Shown: positions 21,777 through 31,246 of the stretch, piece after piece
Layout: each line of letters starts with the position of its first letter
Position numbering within the stretch: position 1 is the first letter of the stretch
From: an uncultured Bacteroidota bacterium
Lineage (GTDB): Bacteria; Bacteroidota; Ignavibacteria; UBA10030; UBA6906
Reading direction: 5' to 3'
Assembly (NCBI GenBank): GCA_963700635.1
Contig: CAVOYH010000003.1
Location: forward strand, 1,824,001-1,888,000
Length of the DNA: 64,000 nucleotides
The notes under the pieces: generated by a model
The model's database searches: none
Seen by the model: only the letters and a program-made list of their open reading frames with translations
Told to the model about the DNA's origin: nothing
Program-made: the position numbers and the translations under genes

Positions 21777-22705
21777 TTACAACGGTCACGCTCAACCCCA
21801 TGCTCGACAAAACGGTCTACGTCGATGCAGTCCGTCATGGCGAGATTACACGAGCGCGACGGATCGAAACCATCGTCGGTGGAAAGGGTGTGAATGTCTC
21901 CCGGCAACTCCGCTGTCTGGGCACCGCGACGACGGTGGTCTGGTTTTGCGGGGGAGAAATCGGTACTATGCTGGCGCGGATGCTGGACGACGAACAGTTG
22001 CAGCATGAAGGGATTGCGGTCGATGGCATAACCCGCGAAGGCGTGACCTACCTCGACAGTGAAGGGGTAGCCACCTCGGTGTTTGAGCCCCCGCACGCTG
22101 TTTCGGCGGGCGACGTACAACGGCTGGTGTCGGCGTGTGATCACCTGATTACCACGAGCTCCTGGATGGTGTGTTGCGGGAGTTCCCCTGCGGCAATTGC
22201 GGATGGGGCGTACCGGGATATTTTGACCCGGGCGAAGGGCAGGGGGATCCGTACCGCCGTCGATTCGTACGGGCTGGCACTGCGGAATGCGCTGGAAGCC
22301 GCCCCCGAGGTCGTGAAGATGAATCGCAATGAGTACGAGACCACCCTGGAACGCACCCTCGCGAATGACACTGACGTTCTGCAGGCGCTTCAGATGTTTC
22401 TGGACAGGGGGGCATCGCTCGCCGTTCTGACCGACGGAGAGCGGCCGGCCTTTGCAGCGAGCCCGGAGGGACGATGGCGCCTCTTTCCGCCCCCCATCAC
22501 CTGCGTCAATGCCACCGGATCCGGTGACTGCATGCTTGCAGGAATCCTCTTCGGACTGGTAGAGGGATGGGATGTGCCATCGAGCCTCCGATTCGGCGCG
22601 GCGGCAGGTGCTGCCAATGCCGGACGATGGGAAGTTGCAGTCTCGTCTCGTGGGGAGGTCGACGCGTTTCTTCCGCACGTGCGTGTGGAACAGATCGTTT
22701 CTTGA
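21773..22705 (+). CDS. 1-phosphofructokinase/tagatose-6-phosphate kinase family (PfkB)
   Basis: MITTVTLNPMLD, GGKGVNVS, KMNRNE, NATGSGD. Confidence 0.9.
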   Translation: MITTVTLNPMLDKTVYVDAVRHGEITRARRIETIVGGKGVNVSRQLRCLGTATTVVWFCGGEIGTMLARMLDDEQLQHEGIAVDGITREGVTYLDSEGVATSVFEPPHAVSAGDVQRLVSACDHLITTSSWMVCCGSSPAAIADGAYRDILTRAKGRGIRTAVDSYGLALRNALEAAPEVVKMNRNEYETTLERTLANDTDVLQALQMFLDRGASLAVLTDGERPAFAASPEGRWRLFPPPITCVNATGSGDCMLAGILFGLVEGWDVPSSLRFGAAAGAANAGRWEVAVSSRGEVDAFLPHVRVEQIVS

Positions 22706-22740
22706 TATCAAATAATCGTTCATTCTGAAAGGTATTCGCT

Positions 22741-25077
22741 ATGCCCGCGCTTCGCGAGTCATTGAAACGTCTCACAATCCTTGAGTGCACCCCCGGAGGC
22801 CCGGAGGTGGAAGCCACCATCGCGGCTGAGTTTCAGGAACAGGTGAACCGTGCCGCGGCTGTCCGGCAGTCACCGGGGCTCTCGGCCTCCTCGCAGAGCA
22901 TGCGGATTGCCGTGGTCCCGGGCGCAGCGGATGCACGCAGTGTGCATCCGGCCCTCGCGGGTCGGGAACGCTGGATGATGGTGCGCTGGCGGGAGCAGGG
23001 CGGTCCTGAACTTCTGGCCTCTCATCCGCACCTCCTGTATCAGCTCTGGACGCTGGTCACCGCGGAGTGGGCGGGGACCGACATTGCGGCCTTCCGCGAG
23101 GGGAAAATTGTCGTCCCGACATTTCCCGATCTCCGGCCGGTGTACGACATTTTTCTCACCCAGGTTGCGCGTACCGCGCGCTGGTTTGACCGGGACGAAC
23201 ACTTCCGGACGATGGCCCGCCTGGGTTCGTCGTACGCGGAGGTCAACGGCCTCGCATTCTCCGTTCCGTTTGAAACTGGCCCCAAAGGCGAACTGCTGCA
23301 CCGGTTCTACACCTACTGTCCTGCGCTGGATCAGTTTGTGACAAGCAAGCTGAACAAGGGGTACTATGACAACGACTACCTGCAGGCGAATCTCAACAAT
23401 CTGAAAACCAACGCTGCTCTGGCCCGGAAATACGGTCTTGTCCCCGGGATCGTCTGTTTCGAACCACGGTCCGTTCCAGACGAACTCCTGCAACGCTATC
23501 CGGTTCTCAGGGGGGCGCGCGTCGACCATCCCATGCGGAGTTTCCGTCCCCGCTACAATCTGTCGGTGGCCCATCCGGTCGTCCTCGATCACTATGCCGA
23601 GATGATGGAGAATCTGATGCATGAGGTCCCGTCGCTTGCGTACATGTCGATCTGGTCAAACGACAGCGGGGCCGGATTCGAGTACACCAATTCGCTCTAC
23701 GTTGGCCGTAACGGTGGAGGATACCTGGTTCGGGAATGGCTTGCGGCGAAGGATATCGCCGCTGCAGCCGCGGTGAATCTTGTGCGGTACATGAAGACGC
23801 TCCGCGATGCGGGCCGCAAAGTGAACCCCGCCTTCCGGACGTTGATCCGGCTTGAACCGTTCTGGGAGGAGCACGATCATATCTGGGCCCAGCTGGAAGA
23901 CGGTCTGGACATCGAAGTTTCGTCGTTGCTGACCAAGGGATGGGATCTGGCCTACAAGCACCCGCGGTACAAGGAAGTCCCGCAAATCCACGGCACCGCG
24001 CTGTACGCGACATTCGTAGAGAAGGAACGGGCGATCCTTGACGATCTGGAGGCGAAAGGGTCCAGGGCGGATGTGTATTTCGTTCCCGGTATTCTCGGCA
24101 ATCATGAGCCACTGATCGGTATCCCGTTTCCCGGTCTCGTCCACCAGAAACTTGCGGAGATGGCGGACCGCGGGGTTACCACCGCCGCATACCAGGGCGG
24201 TGTGGCACAATCGTCGTTTGCACCGTACAATATCAATCAGGACGTCATTCGCGCATTCCAGTTCGACCGGACTCTCGACCTGCCGGCCTTTGTGCGGATG
24301 AAGGCCGCCGAATGGATCGGCGAGGATCTTGCGGATGATCTTGTGACACTCTGGAAATTGTCCGAAGAGACCTATACGGCATTCCCGATCCCTATCTGGA
24401 TCTACTCCGGCTGGGGAGTCTGGTACCGGCTCTTTGTGCGCCCGATCGTCCCGAATATCGAAGCGATTCCTGAACAGGATCGCACCTACTATGAGGACTT
24501 CCTCCTTGCCACGACCCACAACAGGACACGGGTGGATTTCCGTTACGATGTCGGGTTTGATCTGTGCGAACCCGAACGCGCCTGGCAGGCGATCGGGCAT
24601 ATGGATGAGGATCTTTTCCCCGCCATGAAGAGAGCGATCACTCTCGCGGAGTCGATTCAGCAACGCGCTTCAACGGATTCCGCAAAGGCCTGTGCGCAGG
24701 ACCAGCTCGACCGGATGCGGGCGCTGCTCTCCTGGTACAGAACCCAGTACGCGGTCACCGCCTGGGTCGCGGGAGTGCATACCTACATCGGGACAACAGA
24801 CCAGAAGAAACGCAAAGAGTGCCGCGATCTGCTCAAGAAAGTGGTTCTCGATGAAATCCAGAACGCGAAAGATCTCCTTCATCTGTGGGAGACCTCCAGG
24901 ACGAACTGGATGGTTGTGTCGGATGTCGGCGAGACAACGTTCATCTACTATCGCAACCTCGGCGAGCTGCTGAAGCGAAAGATAGCGCTCATGACCGGAC
25001 ATGAGAACGATGAGCCATACGTGGATCCGGACTTCCAGTGGCGCGTGCCGGGGTTCACGCAGGAGGTGAAAGCATAG
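22741..25077 (+). CDS. Large cytoplasmic hypothetical protein
   Basis: 778 aa ORF with coding-like composition, co-oriented in the operon; no recognisable motif. Confidence 0.7.
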   Translation: MPALRESLKRLTILECTPGGPEVEATIAAEFQEQVNRAAAVRQSPGLSASSQSMRIAVVPGAADARSVHPALAGRERWMMVRWREQGGPELLASHPHLLYQLWTLVTAEWAGTDIAAFREGKIVVPTFPDLRPVYDIFLTQVARTARWFDRDEHFRTMARLGSSYAEVNGLAFSVPFETGPKGELLHRFYTYCPALDQFVTSKLNKGYYDNDYLQANLNNLKTNAALARKYGLVPGIVCFEPRSVPDELLQRYPVLRGARVDHPMRSFRPRYNLSVAHPVVLDHYAEMMENLMHEVPSLAYMSIWSNDSGAGFEYTNSLYVGRNGGGYLVREWLAAKDIAAAAAVNLVRYMKTLRDAGRKVNPAFRTLIRLEPFWEEHDHIWAQLEDGLDIEVSSLLTKGWDLAYKHPRYKEVPQIHGTALYATFVEKERAILDDLEAKGSRADVYFVPGILGNHEPLIGIPFPGLVHQKLAEMADRGVTTAAYQGGVAQSSFAPYNINQDVIRAFQFDRTLDLPAFVRMKAAEWIGEDLADDLVTLWKLSEETYTAFPIPIWIYSGWGVWYRLFVRPIVPNIEAIPEQDRTYYEDFLLATTHNRTRVDFRYDVGFDLCEPERAWQAIGHMDEDLFPAMKRAITLAESIQQRASTDSAKACAQDQLDRMRALLSWYRTQYAVTAWVAGVHTYIGTTDQKKRKECRDLLKKVVLDEIQNAKDLLHLWETSRTNWMVVSDVGETTFIYYRNLGELLKRKIALMTGHENDEPYVDPDFQWRVPGFTQEVKA

Positions 25078-26249
25078 GGCCCGGAGAAACGCTGACAATT
25101 CTCATCGCGCCAGATTCCTTCAAAGGATCGCTGCGCGCCGAGGAAGCCGCCACCGCGATGGCGTCCGGTGTGAACGACGCATGCCCCGGAGCGCGGACGC
25201 TTCTGCATCCGGTGGCCGACGGGGGCGAAGGATTGGTCGACCTCCTGGTCCCCGCCCTGGATGGCGTCATGGCCGTCACCAGAGTTCACGGTCCTCTTCC
25301 GGGACAGCATGTCGATGCCCGTTGGGGATATGTCGGCAGCCGCCGTCTCGCGATCATTGAAATGGCGCAGGCCGCGGGATTGAACCTGGTTCCCGGTGCA
25401 GAGCGCGACCCACGGCTCACGACGACGCTCGGAGTCGGGGAACTCATGCTGGCTGCCCTTGATCGTGGCGCGCATGAAATCCTCATGGGGATCGGGGGAA
25501 GCGCAACAAACGATGGCGGCGCCGGCATGGCTACCGCGCTCGGCGTCCGCTTTCTCGACCGGGAAGGACGTCCGCTCGCCCCCGGTGGCGCAGCTCTCCG
25601 GAACCTGGTACGGATCGACCGCTCCTCCTGCGATCCCCGCCTGTCTGCGCTGGCGGTTACGGTTGCGTGTGACGTGCAGAATCCGTTGACAGGGCCGGAG
25701 GGCGCCTCAATCGTCTATGGTCCGCAGAAAGGTGCGACCACTGCGATTGCCCTGGAACTCGATCAGTCTCTCCGGCAGTATGCAGCCAGGATTCGTGACG
25801 GTCTCGGGATTGATGTCGAATTGATGCCCGGTTCCGGAGCGGCAGGCGGTCTGGGGGCGGGTCTGGCGGCGTTCTGCTCCGCCCGGCTTCGTTCGGGAAT
25901 CGATATTGTGCTCGATGCCACCGGCTTCGACGAAAAGCTCGGGCAGGCAGACCTTGTGCTGACCGGCGAGGGAATGATTGACGCTCAGACGACATTCGGC
26001 AAAGCCCTTGCCGGTGTTGTGAAAAGGGCGCAGAAAGCCCACCGACCCGTCGTCGCAATTGCCGGGAACATTCAGGGTGACCGGTCAACGCTTCTTCGGT
26101 CTGATGCGTTCCGGTTTGTTGCATCGCTGGTAGATGACGTCACGACAGTGGAGGTGGCAATGACGCGTGCGGGAGAGCTGTTGCGGGCAAAGACTGCCGA
26201 AGTCATGCGGACTGTTGTTCTCCGTGATGACGGTACACAAACGCGATGA
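25074..26249 (+). CDS. glxK: Glycerate kinase (GlxK/GarK type); start uncertain
   Basis: IAPDSFKGSL, PVADGGEG, IEMAQAAGL, GIGGSATNDGG, ACDVQNPL, YGPQKGA, GAAGGLG, TGEG. Confidence 0.9.
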   Translation: MGPGETLTILIAPDSFKGSLRAEEAATAMASGVNDACPGARTLLHPVADGGEGLVDLLVPALDGVMAVTRVHGPLPGQHVDARWGYVGSRRLAIIEMAQAAGLNLVPGAERDPRLTTTLGVGELMLAALDRGAHEILMGIGGSATNDGGAGMATALGVRFLDREGRPLAPGGAALRNLVRIDRSSCDPRLSALAVTVACDVQNPLTGPEGASIVYGPQKGATTAIALELDQSLRQYAARIRDGLGIDVELMPGSGAAGGLGAGLAAFCSARLRSGIDIVLDATGFDEKLGQADLVLTGEGMIDAQTTFGKALAGVVKRAQKAHRPVVAIAGNIQGDRSTLLRSDAFRFVASLVDDVTTVEVAMTRAGELLRAKTAEVMRTVVLRDDGTQTR

Positions 26250-28126
26250 TCGACCTGCACTCGACACGGCGGCAATGGCTCTTTGCCATGGCCCGGGAAG
26301 CGGGGGACCGCCACTTCGATCCTGCCACGGGACTCTGTCTCATCCCCCGGGACACGCTCTGGTATGCCACCGCTCTTCTCTTCGATCCTTCCGAGGAACG
26401 CAGGGCGATCGGTAAGGCTCTGTGCGAGACACTGCCGGCAGGTGACGGGACGCATACTCCTGCGTCAATGATCGCGCTCCTTAATACAGTGAGCGAACAT
26501 CTGTCGCCGGTGGGACTCGACCATCTTCACGAAGCAATCGCCGGCGATCTCGGTATGGCCGCCGGGGTGGTCTGGCGCGACGGGAACGTGAACCATCCGC
26601 TGGGTGCCTATGCAACGCTGGTTCTCGGCGGAGAATGTGCCGGCCAGTCCTGGGCGACAGACCTGGGAAAACGTCGTCTGCTGGAATTCCAACGCATAAC
26701 AGGCGACCGGCGGCACCGGGTTCACCGTCAGGCGGAAATGTCGGAGTACATGAGTCTGACCTATACCGCACTCGACCTGGTGTTCCTGTCTCTGATCGGC
26801 GAATTCGCGCATGATAGCGAAGCACGAGCACTCGGCCGGTGGCTGGAAGAGCGACTCTGGCTCGATGTGGCGTTGCACTTCCACGCGCCGAGCGAGCAGT
26901 TTGCGGGTCCGCATTCGCGATCGTATCAGGAGGATTCCACCGGCGGATTCTCCGCATTGCACGCAGTGGTTCACGCAGCATCAGAGCGTACGCTCTTCAT
27001 GAACCCCGCGCTTTCCGTCCGGTTCGATCATCCCTCGACCCTTCTCCAGTCGGCGCTTGCGGCCATAGCGCCCCTGCATTTTCCGCCTGCCGCACAGCGG
27101 CTGATGTGGGAAAAGCCGCTTCCGTTTCTGATGCGCAAGTCAACATACTGCGAGCAGTACCATGAGAATGCTGCAGATGCTCCCGGACCGTTTGACGATG
27201 AGGTCGTTCCAGGGGGATGGCGGGAATTGTCGACGTATATGACGGAGGAATTTGCGCTTGGCTCCGCATCCCTGCCGTATGTGAATGCGGGTCATGCCGA
27301 CAGCCTGGTCCTCCGCATTCGCCGTTCTCCAGAGATCGGTGCCATGAAAGACTTTCGCTCGCTCTACACCCGCGGCGTGTTCAACGGGTCGATGGTCGGA
27401 CGGGCAAACCGGTGTCATGTGACCGGCGGCCTGATTGACGCAAGCTATCTTTATGAAGAAAGCCGGTGCGCGGTCTACCAGCACCGCGATCGGGCGATCG
27501 TCTTTGCGACACCAAAACGGACCGGACACACGGACATCACGGAATTCCGGCTCGATGTTCTTGCGGGGTGGTATGAACCGTTCGATGCAATGGCGCTGGG
27601 AGGCCGGCCTGTCGATCGGCTTCCTGTGGAGGCAGGTCCTTCTGCACGGTTCTGTTTCCATGACTATCGCACCTATGGCGTGATTATCCCTCTGGAGTTG
27701 TCGCCTGCCTCCGATTCCGCTCCCATCCGGCTCCACACATTCGGTGAGCATCTGATGCTGTCTCTGGTCAATTATTCCGGACCTGTCACCAGCGTCAGCC
27801 GCGACGAGGTGAATGGCTGGCGGAACGGCTTCTTCATCCACCTGATGGCAGCCGAAGAGTTTGCGTCCTTTGAGGAGTTCGTCCGGTGGGCCGGGGAGGT
27901 GAACGTTTCGGAAACTCTGCTCCCGGGGTTCATACGCCAGGTCGTTGTGGAATCTCCGGACGGGCCGATGTGTGCCCGGTATGATCCCTTCCGTGAGCTT
28001 TTTCTGTCACGAACGTTTCGCGGTGAGGAGGACGTGACGGACCATTTATCCATCGAGGCGGGCGTCGCGGGTGAATCGCTCCTGTCTCCGCTTACGCTGT
28101 TTGGATCGGAGGCGAGGCCTGCATGA
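26246..28126 (+). CDS. Cytoplasmic hypothetical protein, distant member of the TENH/EFDSPxY family (paralog C)
   Basis: GNVNH, SEYMSLTY, AGPHSRSY, TYMTEEFALGS, QHRDRAIV correspond in order to paralog A GDTENH, GEFDSPTY, GGHSRDY, TFMTRRYVLGS, QHRDAIV. Confidence 0.6.
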   Translation: MIDLHSTRRQWLFAMAREAGDRHFDPATGLCLIPRDTLWYATALLFDPSEERRAIGKALCETLPAGDGTHTPASMIALLNTVSEHLSPVGLDHLHEAIAGDLGMAAGVVWRDGNVNHPLGAYATLVLGGECAGQSWATDLGKRRLLEFQRITGDRRHRVHRQAEMSEYMSLTYTALDLVFLSLIGEFAHDSEARALGRWLEERLWLDVALHFHAPSEQFAGPHSRSYQEDSTGGFSALHAVVHAASERTLFMNPALSVRFDHPSTLLQSALAAIAPLHFPPAAQRLMWEKPLPFLMRKSTYCEQYHENAADAPGPFDDEVVPGGWRELSTYMTEEFALGSASLPYVNAGHADSLVLRIRRSPEIGAMKDFRSLYTRGVFNGSMVGRANRCHVTGGLIDASYLYEESRCAVYQHRDRAIVFATPKRTGHTDITEFRLDVLAGWYEPFDAMALGGRPVDRLPVEAGPSARFCFHDYRTYGVIIPLELSPASDSAPIRLHTFGEHLMLSLVNYSGPVTSVSRDEVNGWRNGFFIHLMAAEEFASFEEFVRWAGEVNVSETLLPGFIRQVVVESPDGPMCARYDPFRELFLSRTFRGEEDVTDHLSIEAGVAGESLLSPLTLFGSEARPA

Positions 28127-29040
28127 AGTCGAACTCCGGTTCCTTCCGGAGCAATGCCTCCGGTTATCTGTTCATTGCGCCGTGGTTGCTGGGATTCTTT
28201 CTCCTGACGGCGGGACCGATGGTTGCGTCGCTGTATATCAGTACAACATCCTGGACCATGCTCTCGCCGCCGGTGTCGGTGGGACTTGCCAACTACGAAC
28301 GGATCCTCACGGATGATCCCCTCTTTCTGAAGAGCCTGGAGAACACTCTTTATTATGTAGTGTTCTCGGTGCCGCTGGGAATCGTCATTGCGCTCCTTCT
28401 TGCGCTTCTGCTCCATCAGCGGGCGCGCGGGATGGGTGCCTTCCGGACGTCGTTTTTTCTCCCCTCGATAACCAACATGGTCGCGGTCTCGATGCTCTGG
28501 CTCTGGGTTTTCAATCCTGAATTCGGGCTCTTGAACGGGCTTCTCAGGCTGTTTGGTGTCGAAGGGCCGTTCTGGCTCCAGAGCGAAGTCTGGGCAAAAC
28601 CGGCGCTCATCCTGATGTCGCTGTGGGGGGTGGGGGGAACGATGATCATTTTCCTTGCCGCCCTCCAGGGGATTCCCCAGGAGTTGTACGAGGCCGCCGA
28701 ACTGGATGGTGCCGGGCCATCGCGGCGCTTTTTCCATATCACGCTGCCCATGATCTCGCCGGCGATGCTCTTCAACATCATCATCGGCATTATCGGCAGC
28801 TTCCAGGTGTTCACCCAGGCCTATGTGATGACCGGGACTGCGCAGCCCGGGAGCGAGGGCGGCCCGAATAACGCCACGCTGTTTGTCGTGCTCTATCTCT
28901 ACAAGAAGGCGTTTCAGGAGTTCCGGATGGGGTATGCCTCGGCGCTTGCCTGGATTCTGTTCTGCATTATCCTGGCGGCCACCATTGTCCAGATGCGGCT
29001 CTCACGCCGGTGGGTTCACTATGAAGGAGGGGGACAGTGA
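28123..29040 (+). CDS. Carbohydrate ABC transporter permease 1 (CUT1)
   Basis: YLFIAPWLLGF, ALQGIPQELYEAAELDGA (EAA loop), MGYASALAW. Confidence 0.95.
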   Translation: MKSNSGSFRSNASGYLFIAPWLLGFFLLTAGPMVASLYISTTSWTMLSPPVSVGLANYERILTDDPLFLKSLENTLYYVVFSVPLGIVIALLLALLLHQRARGMGAFRTSFFLPSITNMVAVSMLWLWVFNPEFGLLNGLLRLFGVEGPFWLQSEVWAKPALILMSLWGVGGTMIIFLAALQGIPQELYEAAELDGAGPSRRFFHITLPMISPAMLFNIIIGIIGSFQVFTQAYVMTGTAQPGSEGGPNNATLFVVLYLYKKAFQEFRMGYASALAWILFCIILAATIVQMRLSRRWVHYEGGGQ

Positions 29041-29906
29041 GTCTTTCCCCGCCCGCCGGTCGATCGTTCGGAGTGACGCTCACGCGCACCGTACCGCTGT
29101 ATGCGGCTCTGGTCCTGCTGGGGTCACTGTTTGCACTCCCTCTGCTCTGGATGGTGTCGGTTTCGCTCCAGGATATCGGAGGAGTCTTTGCACGACCGTA
29201 TCAGTGGGTCCCGGAGGTGCTGCACTGGGAAAACTATCGGGATGCGGTGACGTTGTTTCCCTTCGGCCGCTATCTCTTCAATACGTCGGTGATCACCATT
29301 TCGGTTGTTGTTCTCACGCTGCTCTCGTCGTCGCTGGTCGCATTCGGCTTCTCCCGCCTGAACTTTCGCGGGCGCAACATGTTATTTGCGGTCTGCCTGT
29401 CGACCATGATGCTCCCCGGTCAGGTCACGATGATCCCCCTCTATGTTGCGTTTGCGAAGATGGGGTGGGTGGATTCGTACCTTCCGTTAATCGTCCCTTC
29501 GCTCTTTGGATCTCCGTTTTACATCTTTCTCCTTCGCCAGTTCTTCCTGACGATCCCACGCGAATACGACGAGGCCGCCGTGCTCGATGGAGCCGGCCGG
29601 CTACGCATCTACTGGAGCATCGTTCTGCCCCTTGCGCGGCCTGCGCTTGCGACCGTCGCGCTGTTCAGCTTTGTCGGGACCTGGAACGATTTTTTCGGGC
29701 CGCTGATTTATATCAACTCCCCGGAGAAAGCGACACTCACGCTGGGGTTGCAGATGCTGAAAGCGCAGATCATCGGAACGGGCACTGTGGAATGGCATCT
29801 TCTCATGGCTGCCGCACTTCTTGTCATGGTCCCGAACATTGTGGTTTTCTTTCTTGCGCAGAAGCACTTCATCAAAGGGCTCCAGATGGGAGGGTTGCGG
29901 GGATGA
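29037..29906 (+). CDS. Carbohydrate ABC transporter permease 2 (CUT1)
   Basis: FLLRQFFLTIPREYDEAAVLDGA, WNDFFGPLIY, AQKHFIKG. Confidence 0.95.
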   Translation: MSLSPPAGRSFGVTLTRTVPLYAALVLLGSLFALPLLWMVSVSLQDIGGVFARPYQWVPEVLHWENYRDAVTLFPFGRYLFNTSVITISVVVLTLLSSSLVAFGFSRLNFRGRNMLFAVCLSTMMLPGQVTMIPLYVAFAKMGWVDSYLPLIVPSLFGSPFYIFLLRQFFLTIPREYDEAAVLDGAGRLRIYWSIVLPLARPALATVALFSFVGTWNDFFGPLIYINSPEKATLTLGLQMLKAQIIGTGTVEWHLLMAAALLVMVPNIVVFFLAQKHFIKGLQMGGLRG

Positions 29907-31246
29907 AATACGCTGGATCATGTCTCGTGGTGCTTATCCTTGCGATGCCGGGTTGCGGAGGGGGGACGCAGTCGCCCGGGATAGCCGTTGTGTACAACTG
30001 CCCCGCCAATGCCGCGGAAATAGCCGTGCTTCAACGTGAGATCCCCGTGTTCGCGGAAAGTTCAGGTGTCAGGATCACTCTGAATCCGTTCACGGGACAG
30101 GAAAAACTGTACGCCATGATGGCGGCGGGGAAGGCACCGGACATCTTCTACACCAATGCGACCATGCGCGATCAGCTTGCAGCCGAGGGACGTATTCTGG
30201 ACCTGCGGAGCGTAAGCACAGGGGATCCGTTCGTGGACCGTCTCTGGCCACATGTCATCAGGAACGGCACGGCCGTAGATGGAGGGTGGTACAGCGTCGG
30301 GAACTGGGAGTTCACCTGCGGGGTCTACTACCGGAAGGATCTTTTTGATGCCGCCGGACTTTCCTATCCTGAGAGCTCCTGGGTGTGGGAGGATTTTGTT
30401 GCCACAGCGCGAGCCCTGACTGTCCGTCCCGCCGACGGCGGTACTCCCACCCGGTACGGGGTCTTTATCGGGAGTCATTTTGTCGAGATGCTTGAGCTCA
30501 TGAACGGGGGCGTGTTCCCCCGGGATGAGCTCTTCGTGTCCATCCCCGAAACATCGCTCGAGGTGTATCGACGGTATCGTGCGCTGATGGATGAAGGACT
30601 CATGCCGGACCTCCGGCGCATGCAGGCGCTTGGCATGCAGGCACCACAGTTGCTCCAGAGTGGTCGCGTCGCGATGCTTGTCGAAGCCGTTCCCCATCAG
30701 ACCCTGATTGAAGGACTCACCTCTCCCTGGGGGGTGGCGCCCCTTCCCGGGTTTCGGGGAAAACAACGATCGTACTTCCGGTCATCGAGTGGTGGCCTTT
30801 CTCTTTCTTCATCCACCCATGATCCTGTGGCCGCCTGGAAAGCGCTCGTCTGGATTATCGCGGGGGCGAGCATCTACCAGCCCAACCCGGTTCTGCGCGA
30901 TGTCGATTTCGTCGGGGGATGGGAGAGGAGGTTCCCGCATCTCAGGGAGAGCGGGTTCAGGGAGGTATGGGATCTGAGCCTTCAGCACAACGGCGGCGAC
31001 CCGAGGTATTTTGTCCGGTACTCCAGCGTGGTGTCCGGTCCGATTATGGAACAACTGCAGCCGCTGCTCGACAGGCTCTGGGCCAGGGAGCTCTCCGTTT
31101 CAGACCTTGCGGCAGCCGTTCCGGGGATCAACGAACGGATCCGTGCGGAACTGAGCCGTGCGGTGAAGAATCGTTCATTGCCGGCCCCCGTGCTCGAAAA
31201 GGTCCGCACAGCCCTGGATGAAAGTCATGACGCAACTGCGCGTTGA
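29903..31246 (+). CDS. Carbohydrate ABC transporter substrate-binding lipoprotein
   Basis: ATG 29903 overlapping upstream stop; lipobox LILAMPGC; AAGKAPDIFY, YYRKDLFDAAGLSYP, WGVAPLP. Confidence 0.88.
   Translation: MKYAGSCLVVLILAMPGCGGGTQSPGIAVVYNCPANAAEIAVLQREIPVFAESSGVRITLNPFTGQEKLYAMMAAGKAPDIFYTNATMRDQLAAEGRILDLRSVSTGDPFVDRLWPHVIRNGTAVDGGWYSVGNWEFTCGVYYRKDLFDAAGLSYPESSWVWEDFVATARALTVRPADGGTPTRYGVFIGSHFVEMLELMNGGVFPRDELFVSIPETSLEVYRRYRALMDEGLMPDLRRMQALGMQAPQLLQSGRVAMLVEAVPHQTLIEGLTSPWGVAPLPGFRGKQRSYFRSSSGGLSLSSSTHDPVAAWKALVWIIAGASIYQPNPVLRDVDFVGGWERRFPHLRESGFREVWDLSLQHNGGDPRYFVRYSSVVSGPIMEQLQPLLDRLWARELSVSDLAAAVPGINERIRAELSRAVKNRSLPAPVLEKVRTALDESHDATAR

Noticed and set aside
28883-29902. 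Apparent 787 aa fusion extending the binding protein (similar extensions at 2726, 11643, 32359, 36625, 41045, 55433)
   Set aside because: The extensions overlap neighbouring genes in another frame; better starts lie at the gene junctions.
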